From the NCBI GenBank assembly GCA_964016885.1, contig OZ024741.1, forward strand, positions 395,994,001 to 396,058,000: 64,000 nucleotides of DNA. Reading direction: 5' to 3'. The DNA comes from Eledone cirrhosa. Lineage: Eukaryota. Every line of letters starts with the position of its first letter. The stretch's first letter is position 1. Of this stretch, positions 13,198 through 28,100 are shown in pieces. A program made the position numbers and the translations under genes. The notes beneath the pieces were generated by a model that saw nothing but the letters and a program-made list of their open reading frames with translations, searched no databases and was not told the origin of the DNA.

Positions 13198-16100
13198 GTG
13201 GTGACAATGATGATGATGGTTACTCACTGTTTCAGGTAAACTTTTAACATGATACATAAAACAAAGATGTGTGTTACTCGTTTGGTTACAACAGTCGTTT
13301 GGTTCAGACAACAGAGGAGATTTCTTAGTCATATCTGTAAAGAAATTGAACAAAAAACCATAATTATTCATTCTTAACATCCTCTACCACATGTCTAAAT
13401 TATATTACACATCAAAGTCTTTCCCCTAATACTGAAAATTTTCACAACACATTTAACCCTATAGCTTTTACATTACTCTATATTTACTATTATATTTTAA
13501 GGGCTGTGGATTGGCAGTATCAGTAGAGGGTTGGACGCCATGCTTTGCAGCAAAGAGTTACGGCCCTTTATGGTCCGAGGTTAACTTTGCCTTTCATCTT
13601 TACGGGGTCGATAAAATAAAGTACCAGTAATACACTGGCATAATTGCTGGCCTTGTGCCAAAAGTAGAAACAATTATTTTTTAACGGTAAACACTTTACC
13701 TCACATAATATTGAACCTATGAGATTTTGATATTTTTTTATTTTGAGAACAATACCTTAACATAAGTATGAGCAGCCAGCTATGGCCGGTTTAAACAGAA
13801 AAAGGCGAGAGAATTCCGGTTGGATACGACCGGTTTAAATGCTAAAGGGTTAATTCTTAACATCCTCTACCTTATGAATGAATCATATTAAAAATTAAAG
13901 TCTTTCCTCTAATACTGCAAATTTTCACAACACACTTAATTCTGTCCTGCACCACATGAAACTACATTAGCAAGACAACTTAAAAATTACAAAACAACAC
14001 TGTGATTGCATTACATTAAAAATTGAAATCTTTACCTTAATAATTAAAAATGTTCAGAATGATCTGTCCACTACCAAGGATACTATTAACATTTGAATTA
14101 ACAAACCCGTTATTAAATGCAGTAAAATAGAATACTATGAGAATATAGTTGTGCATGTTGGTATATTTCTAGACAGCTTTCTTTGTAAGGTCTATTAACT
14201 GACATGTAGGTGTCAGGATATGTGAGGGGAGGGGTCTTAAAGAGCACAACTGGTTTAACCCTTTAGCATTCCCATTACTCTATATATACTATTGTATTTT
14301 CATGGTAAAGACTTCACCTCACATAATATCAAATCTATGAGATTTTGAAAGTATTTATTTTGAGAACAATACCTTAACATCAGTTTGAGCGACCAGTTAT
14401 AGCCAGTTTCAACAGAAAGAGGTAGAGAATTCAGGCCGGTTTGAACATTAAAGGGTTAATAACCTTTGATTTAGCAGGGACAGAAGGCAAGCCCTGATTT
14501 AGCAAGGACACAGAGCTAACCCCTGATTTAGCAGAGACACAAGACCAACCTCTGATTTAGCAGGGACACAGAGCTAACCCCTGATTTAGCAGAGACACAA
14601 GACCAACCTCTGATTTAGCAGGGACACAGAGCTAACCCCTGATTTAGCAGAGACACAAGACCAACCTCTGATTTAGCAGGGACACAGAGCTAACCCCTGA
14701 TTTAGCAGAGACACAAGACCAACCTCTGATTTAGCAGGGACACAGAGCTAACTCCTGATTTTGTAGGGACACAGAGCTAACTCCTGATTTAGTAGGGACA
14801 TAGAGCTAATCCCTGATTTAGTAGGGACACAAGGCTAACCCCTGATTTAGCAGGGACACAAGGCTAACCCCTGATTTAGCAGGAACACACGGCTAACCCC
14901 TGATTTAGCAGGGACACAAGGCTAACCCCTGATTTAGCAGGAACACAAGGCTAACCCCTGATTTAGCAGGGACACAGAGCTAGCCCCTGATTTAGTAGGG
15001 ACACAAAGCTAACCCATAATTTAATAGGGACACAGAGCTTACTACTGATTTAGTAGGGACACAGAGCTAACCCATGATTTAGTAGGGACACAGAGCTAAC
15101 CCCTGATTTAGTAGGGATACAGAGCTAGCCCCTGATTTAGCATGGCCATAAGGAAACTCCTTGATTTAACGGAAAATGGCCATAAAATGTTTGCTATTGT
15201 AGAGAAATATGAAGTAACTTATCCTGAAATTCTTGGTGGGAAGGAAAATGTTAAGATGTTGAATCCATATGGTAGGATGGGAAAATGGGTGTTAAATGAT
15301 GATGATGATAAATGGACGTTAAACAGTGATGATGAAATAGAGAATGACTGAATACTTACTTTTCTTGATAAGAGCAGCATTGATACTAGTGTCAAGATCT
15401 CTGATGATGTTGAGGGCCATACAATTACCGAGAGTGTTCTCTCTGATGTTTACACCAATACAAGTATACCAGTCATCAATGTTGGTTACTCGGCAACCAC
15501 TAATACTAGTCACGGGGTCCCCAACAGCGAGTCCTCTACGACCTGAGACAGCAGAACCCTTGCAATGAGAGAAATGTTGTAGTAAATAATATCTTTTTGT
15601 CTCAGTCATTTGACAATAATGATGACAGTGAGTGAGGGTGACGACGACGATGATGACAATGATGGTGACGACGGTGACAATGATGACAGTGACGGTGACA
15701 GTGACAATGATGACAATGACGGTGACGGTGACAACGGTGACAATGATGACATGACTGATGATGATGACGGTGATGATGACAATGAGAGTGACAGTGACGA
15801 TGACAATGGTGACAATGACGGTGACAGTGACAATGATGATGACAGTAATGACGACATCGAAGATATGATGGGAAAATGGGGGGGGGGGGTTCTTATATTC
15901 ACGGTAAATGTTTTCTCGATTTTCACCAACTTCAAAATTCTACGTATATCAGGTGCTGAAATATTTTCCCTCTGGAGGTAAATATTACACCGGTTTCACT
16001 TTGGAGGTAAATATTACACCTGTTTCTCTTTGGAGGTAAATATTACACCGGTTTCACTTTGGAGGTAAATATGACACCTGTTTCTCTTTGGAGGTAAATA

Positions 16101-19100
16101 TTACACCGGTTTCACAATGGAGGTAAATATGACACCTGTTTCTCTATGGAGGTAAATATTACACCGGTTTCACTTTGGAGGTAAATATTACACCAGTTTC
16201 TCTTTGGAGGTAAATATGACACCTGTTTCTCTTTGGAGGTAAATATGACACCTGTTTCTCTTTGGAGGTAAATATTACACCGGTTTCACAATGGAGGTAA
16301 ATATTACACCTGTTTCTCTTTGGAGGTAAATATTACACCTGTTTCTCTTTGGAGGTAAATATGACACCTGTTTCTCTTTGGAGGTAAATATTACACCGGT
16401 TTCACTTTGGAGGTAAATATTACACCAGTTTCTCTTTGGAGGTAAATATTACACCTGTTTCTCTTTGGAGGTAAATATTACACCTGTTTCTCTTTGGAGG
16501 TAAATATTACACCAGTTTCTCTTTGGAGGTAATATTACACCTGTTTCACTTTGGAGGTAAATATTACACCAGTTTCTCTTTGGAGGTAATATTACACCTG
16601 TTTCACTTTGGAGGTAAATATTACACCTGTTTCTCTTTGGAGGTAAATATTACACCTGTTTCTCTTTGGAGGTAATATTACACCTGTTTCTCTTTGGAGG
16701 TAATATTACACCTGTTTCACTTTGGAGGTAAATATTACACCTGTTTCTCTTTGGAGGTAAATATTACACCTGTTTATCTTTGGAGGTAAATATTACACCT
16801 GTTTCTCTTTGGAGGTAATATTACACCTGTTTCACTTTGGAGGTAAATATTACACCTGTTTCTCTTTGGAGGTAAATATTACACCTGTTTCTCTTTGGAG
16901 GTAATATTACACCTGTTTCACTTTGGAGGTAATATTACACCTGTTTCACTTTGGAGGTAAATATTACACCTGTTTCACTTTGGAGGTAAATATTACACCA
17001 GTTTCTCTTTGGAGGTAAATATTACACCTGTTTCTCTTTGGAGGTAAATATTACACCTGTTTCTCTTTGGAGGTAAATATTACACCTGTTTCACTTTGGA
17101 GGTAAATATTACACCTGTTTCTCTTTGGAGGTAAATATTACACCTGTTTCACTTTGGAGGTAAATATTACACCTGTTTCTCTTTGGAGGTAAATATTACA
17201 CCTGTTTCTCTTTGGAGGTGAATATTACACCTGTTTCTCTTTGGAGGTAAATATTACACCTGTTTCACTTTGGAGTTAAATATTACACCTGTTTCTCTTT
17301 GGAGGTAAATATTACACCTGTTTCACTTTGGAGGTAAATATTACACCTGCTTCGCTTTGGAGGTAAATATTACACTTGTTTCTCTTTGGAGGTAAATATT
17401 ACACCAGTTTCTCTTTGGAGGTAAATATTACGCCTGTTTCACTTTGGAGGTAAATATTACGCCTGTTTCTCTTTGGAGGTAAATATTACACCTATTTCTC
17501 TTTGGAGGTAAATATTACACCTGTTTCTCTTTGGAGGTATATATTACACCTGTTTCACTTTGGAGGTAAATATTACACCAGTTTCACATTGGAGGTAAAT
17601 ATTACACCTGTTTCTCACTGGAGGTAAATATTACACCAGTTTCTCTTTGGAGGTAAATATTACACCTGTTTCTCACTGGAGGTAAATATTACACCAGTTT
17701 CTCTTTGGAGGTAAATATTACACCAGTTTCTCTTTGGAGGTAAATATTACACCTGTTTCTCTTTGGAGGTAAATATTACACCTGTTTCTCTTTGGAGGTA
17801 AATATTACACCTGTTTCACTTTGGAGGTAAATATTACACCTGTTTCACTTTGGAGGTAAATATTACACCTGTTTCACTTCGGAGGTAAATATTACACCTG
17901 TTTCTCTTTGGAGGTAAATATTACACCTGTTTCACTTTGGAGGTAAATATTACACCTGTTTCACTTTGGAGGTAAATATTACACCTGTTTCTCTTTGGAG
18001 GTAAATATTACACCTGTTTCTCTTTGGAGGTAAATATTACACCTGTTTCTCTTTGGAGGTAAATATTACACCTGTTTATCTTTGGAGGTAAATATTACAC
18101 CTGTTTCACTTTGGAGGTAAATATTACACCTGTTTCTCTTTGGAGGTAAATATTACACCTGTTTCACTTTGGAGGTAAATATTACACCTGTTTCTCTTTG
18201 GAGGTAAATATTACACCTGTTTCTCTTTGGAGGTAATATTACACCTGTTTCACTTTGGAGGTAAATATTACACCTGTTTCTCTTTGGAGGTAAATATTAC
18301 ACCTGTTTCTCTTTGGAGGTAATATTACACCTGTTTCACTTTGGAGGTAATATTACACCTGTTTCACTTTGGAGGTAAATATTACACCTGTTTCACTTTG
18401 GAGGTAAATATTACACCAGTTTCTCTTTGGAGGTAAATATTACACCTGTTTCTCTTTGGAGGTAAATATTACACCTGTTTCTCTTTGGAGGTAAATATTA
18501 CATCTGTTTCACTTTGGAGGTAAATATTACACCTGTTTCTCTTTGGAGGTAAATATTACACCTGTTTCACTTTGGAGGTAAATATTACACCTGTTTCTCT
18601 TTGGAGGTAATATTACACCTGTTTCACTTTGGAGGTAAATATTACACCTGTTTCACTTTGGAGGTAAATATTACACCTGTTTCTCTTTGGAGGTAAATAT
18701 TACACCTGTTTCTCTTTGGAGGTAAATATTACACCTGTTTCTCTTTGGAGGTAAATATTACACCTGTTTATCTTTGGAGGTAAATATTACACCTGTTTCA
18801 CTTTGGAGGTAAATATTACACCTGTTTCTCTTTGGAGGTAAATATTACACCTGTTTCTCTTTGGAGGTAATATTACACCTGTTTCACTTTGGAGGTAAAT
18901 ATTACACCTGTTTCACTTTGGAGGTAAATATTACACCTGTTTCACTTGGAGGTAAATAATACACCTGTTTCTCTTTGGAGGTAAATATTACACCTGTTTC
19001 ACATTGGAGGTAAATATTACACCAGTTTCTCTTGGAGGTAAATATTACACCTGTTTCTCATTGGAGGTAAATATTACACCGGTTTCTCTTTGGAGGTAAA

Positions 19101-22100
19101 TATTACACCGGTTTCACTTTGGAGGTAAATATTACACCTGTTTCCCTTTGGAGGTAAATATTACACCTGTTTCTCTTTGGAGGTAAAATTACACCTGTTT
19201 CACTTTGGAGGTAAATATTACACCTGCTTCTCTTTGGAGGTAAATATTACACCTGTTTCTCTTTGGAGGTGGATATTACACCTGTTTCTCTTTGGAGGTA
19301 AAATTACACCTGTTTCACTTTGGAGGTAAATATTACACCTGTTTCCCTTTGGAGGTAAATATTACACCTGTTTCTCTTTGGAGGTAAAATTACACCTGTT
19401 TCACTTTGGAGGTAAATATTACACCGGTTTCACTTTGGAGGTAAATATTACACCTGTTTCCCTTTGGAGGTAAATATTACACCTGTTTCTCTTTGGAGGT
19501 GGATATTACACCTGTTTCTCTTTGGAGGTGGATATTACACCTATTTCTCTTTGGAGGTAAATATTACACCTGTTTCTCTTTGGAGGTAAATATTACACCT
19601 GTTTCACTTTGGAGGTAAATATTACACCTGTTTCTCTTTGGAGGTAAATATTACACCTGTTTCACTTGGAGGTAAATATTACACCTGTTTCTCTTTGAAG
19701 GTAAATATTACACCTGTTTCTCTTTGGAGGTAAATATTACACCAGTTTCACTTTGGAGGTGAATATCACACCAGTTTTACTTTCAACATTTGTATTTCCT
19801 TTTGTTTTTAATGTTTTGAATGAATATGGCCTTGAAAACAGTGAGAACCCGACTTCCCAGAGGCACAGGCCAAAGCTGAAGCACATATACAGTATATATA
19901 TACAGACATCCAGCTGTATGAGCAAGACATGGTCACCTGACCTAGCATTGCCCACAACAGGTCAACTCGTCTAACCCATGCTTGCGTGGAAAAATGGACA
20001 TAAAATGGTGATGATGATGATGTCTCATGCGGATTTCAAAACTACATCTAAACATGTGTTGATTAGCTGCCTTAGATTTGTGCTCCTTTCTCAGACATAA
20101 AGTACAGTGTCAGCTTATATTCAGACATAAAGTACAGTGTCAGCTTATATTCAGACATAAAGTACAGTGTTAGCTAATATTCAGACATAAAGTACAGTGT
20201 CAGCTTATATTCAGACATAAAGTACAGTGTTAGCTTATATTCAGACATAAAGTACAGTGTTAGCTAATATTCAGACATAAAGTACAGTGTTAGCTTATAT
20301 TCAGACATAAAGTACAGTGTCAGCTTATATTCAGACATAAAGTACAGTGTCAGCTTATATTCAGACATAAAGTACAGTGTCAGCTTATATTCAGACATTC
20401 CGAGTTGGTACCATCAATGTAGGCTCAATGAAAGGAAGAGCAGGAGAAATCGTAGAAATGCTAAAGGGAAAGGAAATTGATGTATGCTGTGTGCAAGAGA
20501 CTAGATGGAGAGGAGAGTCTGCCAGAGTCCTTGTAGGAAAAAGTCGGTGCTACAAATTTTTCTGGGTGGGAAATGACGATGGGATGGGTGGTGTAGGTAT
20601 ACTACTAGCTGACAAGTGGGTAGATAAAGTAATCTCAGTGTACAGGGTAAATGCAAGAATCATTAAACTCAGACTAGTCCTGAATAAAACAATTATCACA
20701 ATAATATCAGCTTACGCACCCCAATCGGGGCTGCCAGACGAACTTAAGGATAGGTTTTACGAGTCCCTAATGCACACTACTGCTCTAACAGACGACAATG
20801 ACTTCCTAATCATCGCAGGAGATTTTAACGGACACGTAGGTAAACACTGCGACGGCTTAATAGAGTACATGGAGGCCATGGGGTTGGCACAAGAAATGAG
20901 GAAGGATTCAGACTTCTAGAATTCTGCGACGCCAATGACATGTCGATATGTAACACAAACTTTAAAAAACCCGACAACCACCTGATCACCTATAGATCAG
21001 GGGAGCACTCCAGTCAGATAAATTTTATCCTCATCAGAGGACGTGACAGATGGACGGTCGTAAACACAAAAGCCTTCCCTAGTGAGGAATGTACATCGCA
21101 ACATAGCTTAGTTGTCAGCGACCTCACGGTCAGAACTAGACGAACCTGGAAACAGAGGCCAACCTGGAGAAGAAAGATCTGGAAGCTGAAAGACCCCTCA
21201 ACCAGTAACAGATTTAAAGATATTTTACTCAACGCCTACGACAGTAAAGAAGAACAGATAGAGACATTCAATGTAGAAGAGAACTGGGAGTTCCTAAAAT
21301 ATAATTTACTAGAGGCGACGGATGAGGTCTGTGGCTGGAGTAAGACCTCAAGCAGGAGGAGAGTGACTTGGTGGTGGAACAATAAGGTAGATGAAGCAGT
21401 TAAGGCCTAGAGACAGGCATGGAAAGAATGGAAGAACGGGGGGGAGCAGGGTACATTACATAGAGACCAAGAGGGAAGCTAGGCGACAAGTATACTTAGC
21501 TAGGAGGGAAGCAGAGGATAGAAAATTCAAGCATGTTTTGCAACGTGAGGACCAGAAACAGGAGGTGTTCAAGATTGCGAGGCAGTGTGTCAGAGAGAGT
21601 TGTGATGTCATTGGAGAGAAGTGTATCCGGAATGATAAAGGTGAGCTTGCCCTCACAAGTGCTGAGAAGAAAGATTCATGGAAGAGTCATTATGATAGAT
21701 TACTAAATGAGGAGAATGCATGGGAAGAAGAGACCCTACCCCAAATAGACCCTATAGAGGAGCCAGCAGTACAAGTCAGCAGCAACGTAGTAAGTAAGGC
21801 AATCAAAGATTTGAAGATGGGGAAGGCAACCGGTCCATCGGGTATAGCTGCCGAGATGCTGAAGGCATCTGGGTCTGTAGGTCACACTATAACCACACGT
21901 ATTGTTAACCAGGTAATACTAGAAGGTGTCATACCAAAAGATTGGTGCAGTAGCATCATTGTCAACTGCTACAAAGGTAAAGGTGATGCACTAGATAGAG
22001 GAAACTATAGAGGTATAAAGTTGATGGACCAGGTCATGAAAGTAACAGAAAGAGTTATAGCACAGCTGATTAGGGACCGGGTGAAAATAGACGAGATGCA

Positions 22101-25100
22101 ATTTGGGTTTGTACCAGGAAGAGGCACCACTGATGCCCTCTTCCTTGTGAGGCAGTTACAGGAAAAGTACCGAGCTAACTCTACTTGGCATTTGTCGACC
22201 TTGAGAAAGCCTTTGACAGAGTTCCACGTACTGTAATCTGGTGGGCTCTTAGAAAACTAGGAGTAGATGAATGGCTTGTGAAAGCGGTACAAGCCATGTA
22301 TAGGGGAGCAGTCAGCAAAATTAGGATTAGCAATGAGTATAGCGAGGAATTTAGCGTACAGGTTGGGGTCCACCAGGGCTCTGTTCTTAGCCCCCTCCTG
22401 TTCATCATAGTCCTGCAGGCAATAACGGAGGAGTTTAAGACCGGATGCCCATGGGAACTCCTGTATGCTGATGACCTCGCACTTATAGCTGAATCTATGG
22501 TAGAACTAGAGAATAAATTCCAAACTTGGAAGCAGGGACTAGAAAGAAAGGGTCTCAAAGTCAACATGACAAAGACTAAGGTCCTTGTAAGTAGACGAGA
22601 AAACAGAACCCAGATCCCCTCAGGGAAATGGCCTTGCTCAGTATGTAGAAAAGTTGTAGGTAGGAACTCCATTCTCTGCTCCAAATGCAAACAATGGGTA
22701 CACAAGAGATGTAGCGGGATCTCAGGAAGCTTAATTAAGAATCTAGGCTTCACATGTAGCAGCTGTGCTGGGACAGCAAGCAGCAAACAGCCACAGGAAA
22801 CAAGTACCACCAATCTCTGGGAGGGCTCTGTAGAAACAGTAGACAGCTTCTGCTACCTAGGTGACCGAATTAGCAGCGGAGGTGGGTGTTCAGAAAGTAC
22901 AATAACTAGGGTAAGAACGGGGTGGAAGAAGTTTAGGGAACTACTACCACTGCTAGCTGCAAAAGGCTTCTCCCTCAGAATGAAAGGCAGACTGTATGAT
23001 GCGTGTATCCGAACAGCGATGTTGCATGGTAGTGAGACCTGGGCGCTGAAGGTGGAAGACTTACGTAGATTAGAGAGAAATGAAGCCGGCATGCTCCGAT
23101 GGATGTGTAACAGTAATATACGTGAACGACAAAGCATAAATGAATTGAGAGAGAGACTGAGCATAAGAGGAATCAAATGCTGTGTGCAGGAGAGGCGGTT
23201 GCGCTGGTATGGACATGTGATGTGTATGAAGGATGACAGCTGCATAAAAAGGTGCAGAGCACTAGAAGTCGATGGAAACCGCGGAGTGGGGAGACCCAAG
23301 ATGACCTGGGATGAGGTGATAAAAGCCAACCTTACCCAATTACACCTCTCAAAGGCAATGACACACGACCGTGACCTCTGGCGTCACGCAGTAATACAGA
23401 GTACCCGACCTCCCATGGGTACAAGCTGAAGCATATCGACAATATGCCCCCACACCCCCCACCTAAGGTGGTCGTGGAGGTGCCACGGCAAAAAAGCACC
23501 CAGCCCACACTGTAAAGTGGACGTGTAGGCGCCACGAAAAAGCACCCAGCACTCACTGCAAATGAGGTTGGTGTTAGGAAGGGCATCCAGCTGTAGAAAT
23601 CAAGCCAAATCAGTTCCTGTATGAGCAAGGCATGGTCAGCCGACCAGACACTGCCCACAACAGGACAACCCGTCTAACCCATGCTAGCGTGGAAAAACGG
23701 ACGTAAAACGATGATGATGATGATGAAAGTACGGTGTTAGCTGATATTCAGAGATAAAGTACAGTGTCAGCTTATATTCAGACATAAAGTACAGTGTCAG
23801 CTTATATTCAGACATAAAGTACAGTGTCTGCTTATATTCAGACATAAAGTACAGTGTTAGCTAATATTCAAACATAAAGTACAGTGTCAGCTTATATTCA
23901 GACATAAAGTACAGTGTTAGCTGTTATATTCAGACATAAAGTACAGTGTCAGCTTATATTCAGACATAAAGTACAGTGTTAGCTGTTATATTCAGACATA
24001 AAGCCAAACATGGAAGCACGGCCTAGAATCAAAAGGGCTTAAAATTAACCTGGCTAAGACCAAAGTTCTAGTTTGTAGGAAAGAAAATAAGGCGGCGGTC
24101 CCTTCCGGGAAGTGGCCATGCTCAGTGTGTAGGAAAGGCATAGGTAGAAACTCCATTTTGTGTCAGAGTTGCAAAGTATGGGTGCATAAAAGATGTAGTG
24201 GGATCACAGGTAAGCTAACTAAGAACATAGATTTCACATGTGGCCGGTGCTCTGGTGCAATAAGTAGCAGCAAGTGCCCACAAAATACTAGCTCTTTCAA
24301 CTGCGCAGAGGGCTCTATAGAAATAGTGGACAGCTTCCGTTACCTGGGTGACAAAATCAGCAGTGGGGGAGGGTGCTCTGAAAGTACAGTAGCTAGAGTC
24401 AGAACTGGATGGAAAAAGTTCAGAGAGCTTATACCACTATTAGCCGCTAAAGGGTTCTCCCTAAAAATGAAAGGCAGGTTGTATGATGCCTGCGTACGAA
24501 CAGCAATGTTGCATGGCAGTGAGACCTGGGCATTGTGTGCAGAGGATCTGCGCAGACTAGAGAGGAACGAAGCTTGCATGCTCCGCTGGATGTGTAATAG
24601 TAATATACGTGAACGGCAAAGCATAAACAAACTAAGGAAAAAATTAGAAATAAGAGGGATCAGATGTTGTTTACTCGAGAGAAGGCTACGTTGGTATGGA
24701 CACGTGATGCGCATGAAAGTCGATAGCTGTATAACAAAGTGCAGGATAATAAAGATAGACGGTAGCCACGGAATAGGCAGACCTAGAAAAACCTGGGACA
24801 AGCTGATAAACTCCGACCTCACACACTTACACCTCTCCAAGACAATGTCACTGGACCGAGACCTTTGGCGGTACTCAGTAATAGAGAAGACCCGCTTTAC
24901 CTAAATACATAGTAAAACCTACTACAGTCAGTAGGCATCTCTAACAAAAAACACCCGCGTCCCACCACCCCCACCCCATCCACACCGCCCCCTTCTATGT
25001 AAAGTTATGTTGGTGCCACACCATCCAGGCCGAAACAAATGAGATCGTGTAGGTGTCACGACAAAAAAACACACAGTCCACGCTGTAATGTGGCCATGTA

Positions 25101-28100
25101 GGCAACACGGTAAAAACCTCCCAGACCCACACTGTAAATGTGGTTGGTGTTAGGAAGGGCATCCAACTGTAGAAAACCTGCCAGACAGTCCTATGCGAGC
25201 AAGACAATCACTCTTGCCTCAAGTGGGAAAACCCCCGTCCAAACCCATGCAAGCGTGGAACACGGACGTTAAACGTTGATGATGATGATGAAAGTACAGT
25301 GTCAGACATAAAGTACAGTGTCAGCTTATATTCAGACATAAAGTACAGTGTCAGCTTATATTCAGACATAAAGTACAGTGTCAGCTTATATTCAGACATA
25401 AAGTACAGTGTTAGCTAATATTCAGACATAAAGTACAGTGTCAGCTTATATTCAGACATAAAGTACAGTGTTAGCTTATATTCAGACATAAAGTACAGTG
25501 TTAGCTAATATTCAGACATAAAGTACAGTGTCAGCTTATATTCAGACATAAAGTACAGTGTTAGCTAATATTCAGACATAAAGTACAGTATCAGCTTATA
25601 TTCAGACATAAAGTACAGTGTTAGCTTATATTCAGACATAAAGTACAGTGTCAGCTTATATTCAGACATAAAGTACAGTGTTAGCTAATATTCAGACATA
25701 AAGTACAGTGTCAGCTTATATTCAGACATAAAGTACAGTGTTAGCTTATATTCAGACATAAAGTACAGTGTCAGCTTATATTCAGACATAAAGTACAGTG
25801 TTAGCTAATATTCAGACATAAAGTACAGTGTCAGCTTATATTCAGACATAAAGTACAGTGTTAGCTAATATTCAGACATAAAGTACAGTGTCAGCTTATA
25901 TTCAGACATAAAGTACAGTGTTAGCTTATATTCAGACATAAAGTACAGTGTTAGCTAATATTCAGACATAAAGTACAGTGTCAGCTTATATTCAGACATA
26001 AAGTACAGTGTTAGCTAATATTCAGACATAAAGTACAGTGTCAGCTTATATTCAGACATAAAGTACAGTGTTAGCTAATATTCAGACATAAAGTACAGTG
26101 TCAGCTTATATTCAGACATAAAGTACAGTGTCAGCTTATATTCAGACATAAAGTACAGTGTCAGCTTATATTCAGACATAAAGTACAGTGTCAGTTTATA
26201 TTCAGACATAAAGTACGGCGTTAGCTAATATTTAACTATATACACTCTACATCTGATCTTCACCAATACCATGACAAAAACACCCAGTCCACCCTATATG
26301 CTGATCTGGTGCCACAACAAAAAACACCCACCAGTCTACCCTGTAATGTCGTCATGCTAGTGACATTTCAAAAAACACCCATTCTACCCTGTAAAATGGT
26401 TGTACTGGTGACACAACAAAAAACACCCAGTCTACCTTGTAAAGTGGTTGTACTGGTGACACAGCAAAAAACACCCAGTCTACCCTGTAAAGTGGTTGTA
26501 CTGGTGACATGGCATAAAACACTCAGTCCACCCTGTAAGGTGGCCATACAGGTTACATGACAAAATGTACCCAGTACACCCCATTAATGAGCAACATGTG
26601 GTCTCTTGACCACATGTTGCTCATAACATAACATGTGGTCTCTTGACCACACGTCTCATAACACGACATATGGTCTCTGACCAGACATGTCTCATATCAT
26701 GACATGTGGTCTCTTGACCACATGTTGTTCATAACATAACATGTGGTCTCTTGACCAGACATGTCTCATAACATAACATGGTGTCTCTTGACCAGACATG
26801 TCTCATAACATGACATGTGGTCTCTTGACCAGACATGTCTCATAACATAACATGTGGTCTCTTGACCAGACATATCTCATAACATGACAACATGTGGTCT
26901 CTTGACCAGACATGTCTCATAACATGACATGTGGTCTCTTGACCAGACATGTCTCATAACATGACATGGTGTCTCTTGACCAGACATGTCTCATAACATG
27001 ACATGTGATCTCTTGACCAGACATGTCTCATATGACATGTGGTCTCTTGACCAGACATATCTCATAACATGACATGTGGCCTCTTGACCAGACATGTCTC
27101 ATAACATGACATGTGGTCTCTTGACCAGACATATCTCATAACATGACATGTGGCCTCTTGACCAGACATATCTCATAACATCACGTGGCCTCTTGACCAG
27201 ACATATCTCATAACATGACATGTTGTCTCTTGACCAGACATATCTCATAACATGACATGTGGCCTCTTGACCAGACATGTCTCATAACATGACATGTGGT
27301 CTCTTGACCAGAGATGTCTCATAACATGACATGTGGTCTCTTGACCAGACATATCTCATAACATGACATGTGGTCTCTTGACCATACATATCACATAACA
27401 TGACATGTGGTCTCTTGACCAGACATGTCTCATAACATGACATGTGGTCTCTTGACCAGACATGTCTCATAACATAACATGTGGTCTCTTGACCAGACAT
27501 ATCTCATAACATGACATGTGGCCTCTTGACCAGACATATCACATAACATGACATGTGGTCTCTTGACCAGACATGTCTCAACATGACATGTGGTCTCTTG
27601 ACCAGAGATGTCTCATAACATGACATGTGGTCTCTTGACCTGACATATCTCATAACATGACATGTGGCCTCTTGACCAGACATATCACATAACATGACAT
27701 GTGGTCTCTTGACCAGACATGTCTCATAACATGACGTGGTCTCTTGACCAGACATATCTCATAACATGACATGTGGTCTCTTGACCTGACATGTCTCATA
27801 ACATGACATGTGGTCTCTTGACCTGACATGTCTCATAACATGACATGTGGGCTCTTGACCAGACATATCACATAACATGACATGTGGTCTCTTGACCAGA
27901 CATGTCTCATAACATGACATGTAGTCTCTTGACCAGACATGTCTCATAACATGACATGTGGTCTCTTGACCAGACATGTCTCATAACATGACATGTAGTC
28001 TCTTGACCAGACATGTCTCATAACATGACATGTGGTCTCTTGACCAGACATGTCTCATAACATGACATGTGGCCTCTTGACCAGACATGTCTCATAACAT

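Larger units (their letters stand above)
20091..26232. repeat. 30-bp minisatellite split into three blocks (20091-20398, 23726-24003, 25291-26232) by two RTE insertions
   Basis: Unit TCAGACATAAAGTACAGTGTCAGCTTATAT. Confidence 0.96.

Noticed and set aside
20377-23429. Active autonomous LINE or domesticated endonuclease gene
   Set aside because: Every RTE, Tx1 and CRE ORF2 in the window has stops, frameshifts or truncations; the listed start at 20377 lies in the minisatellite.
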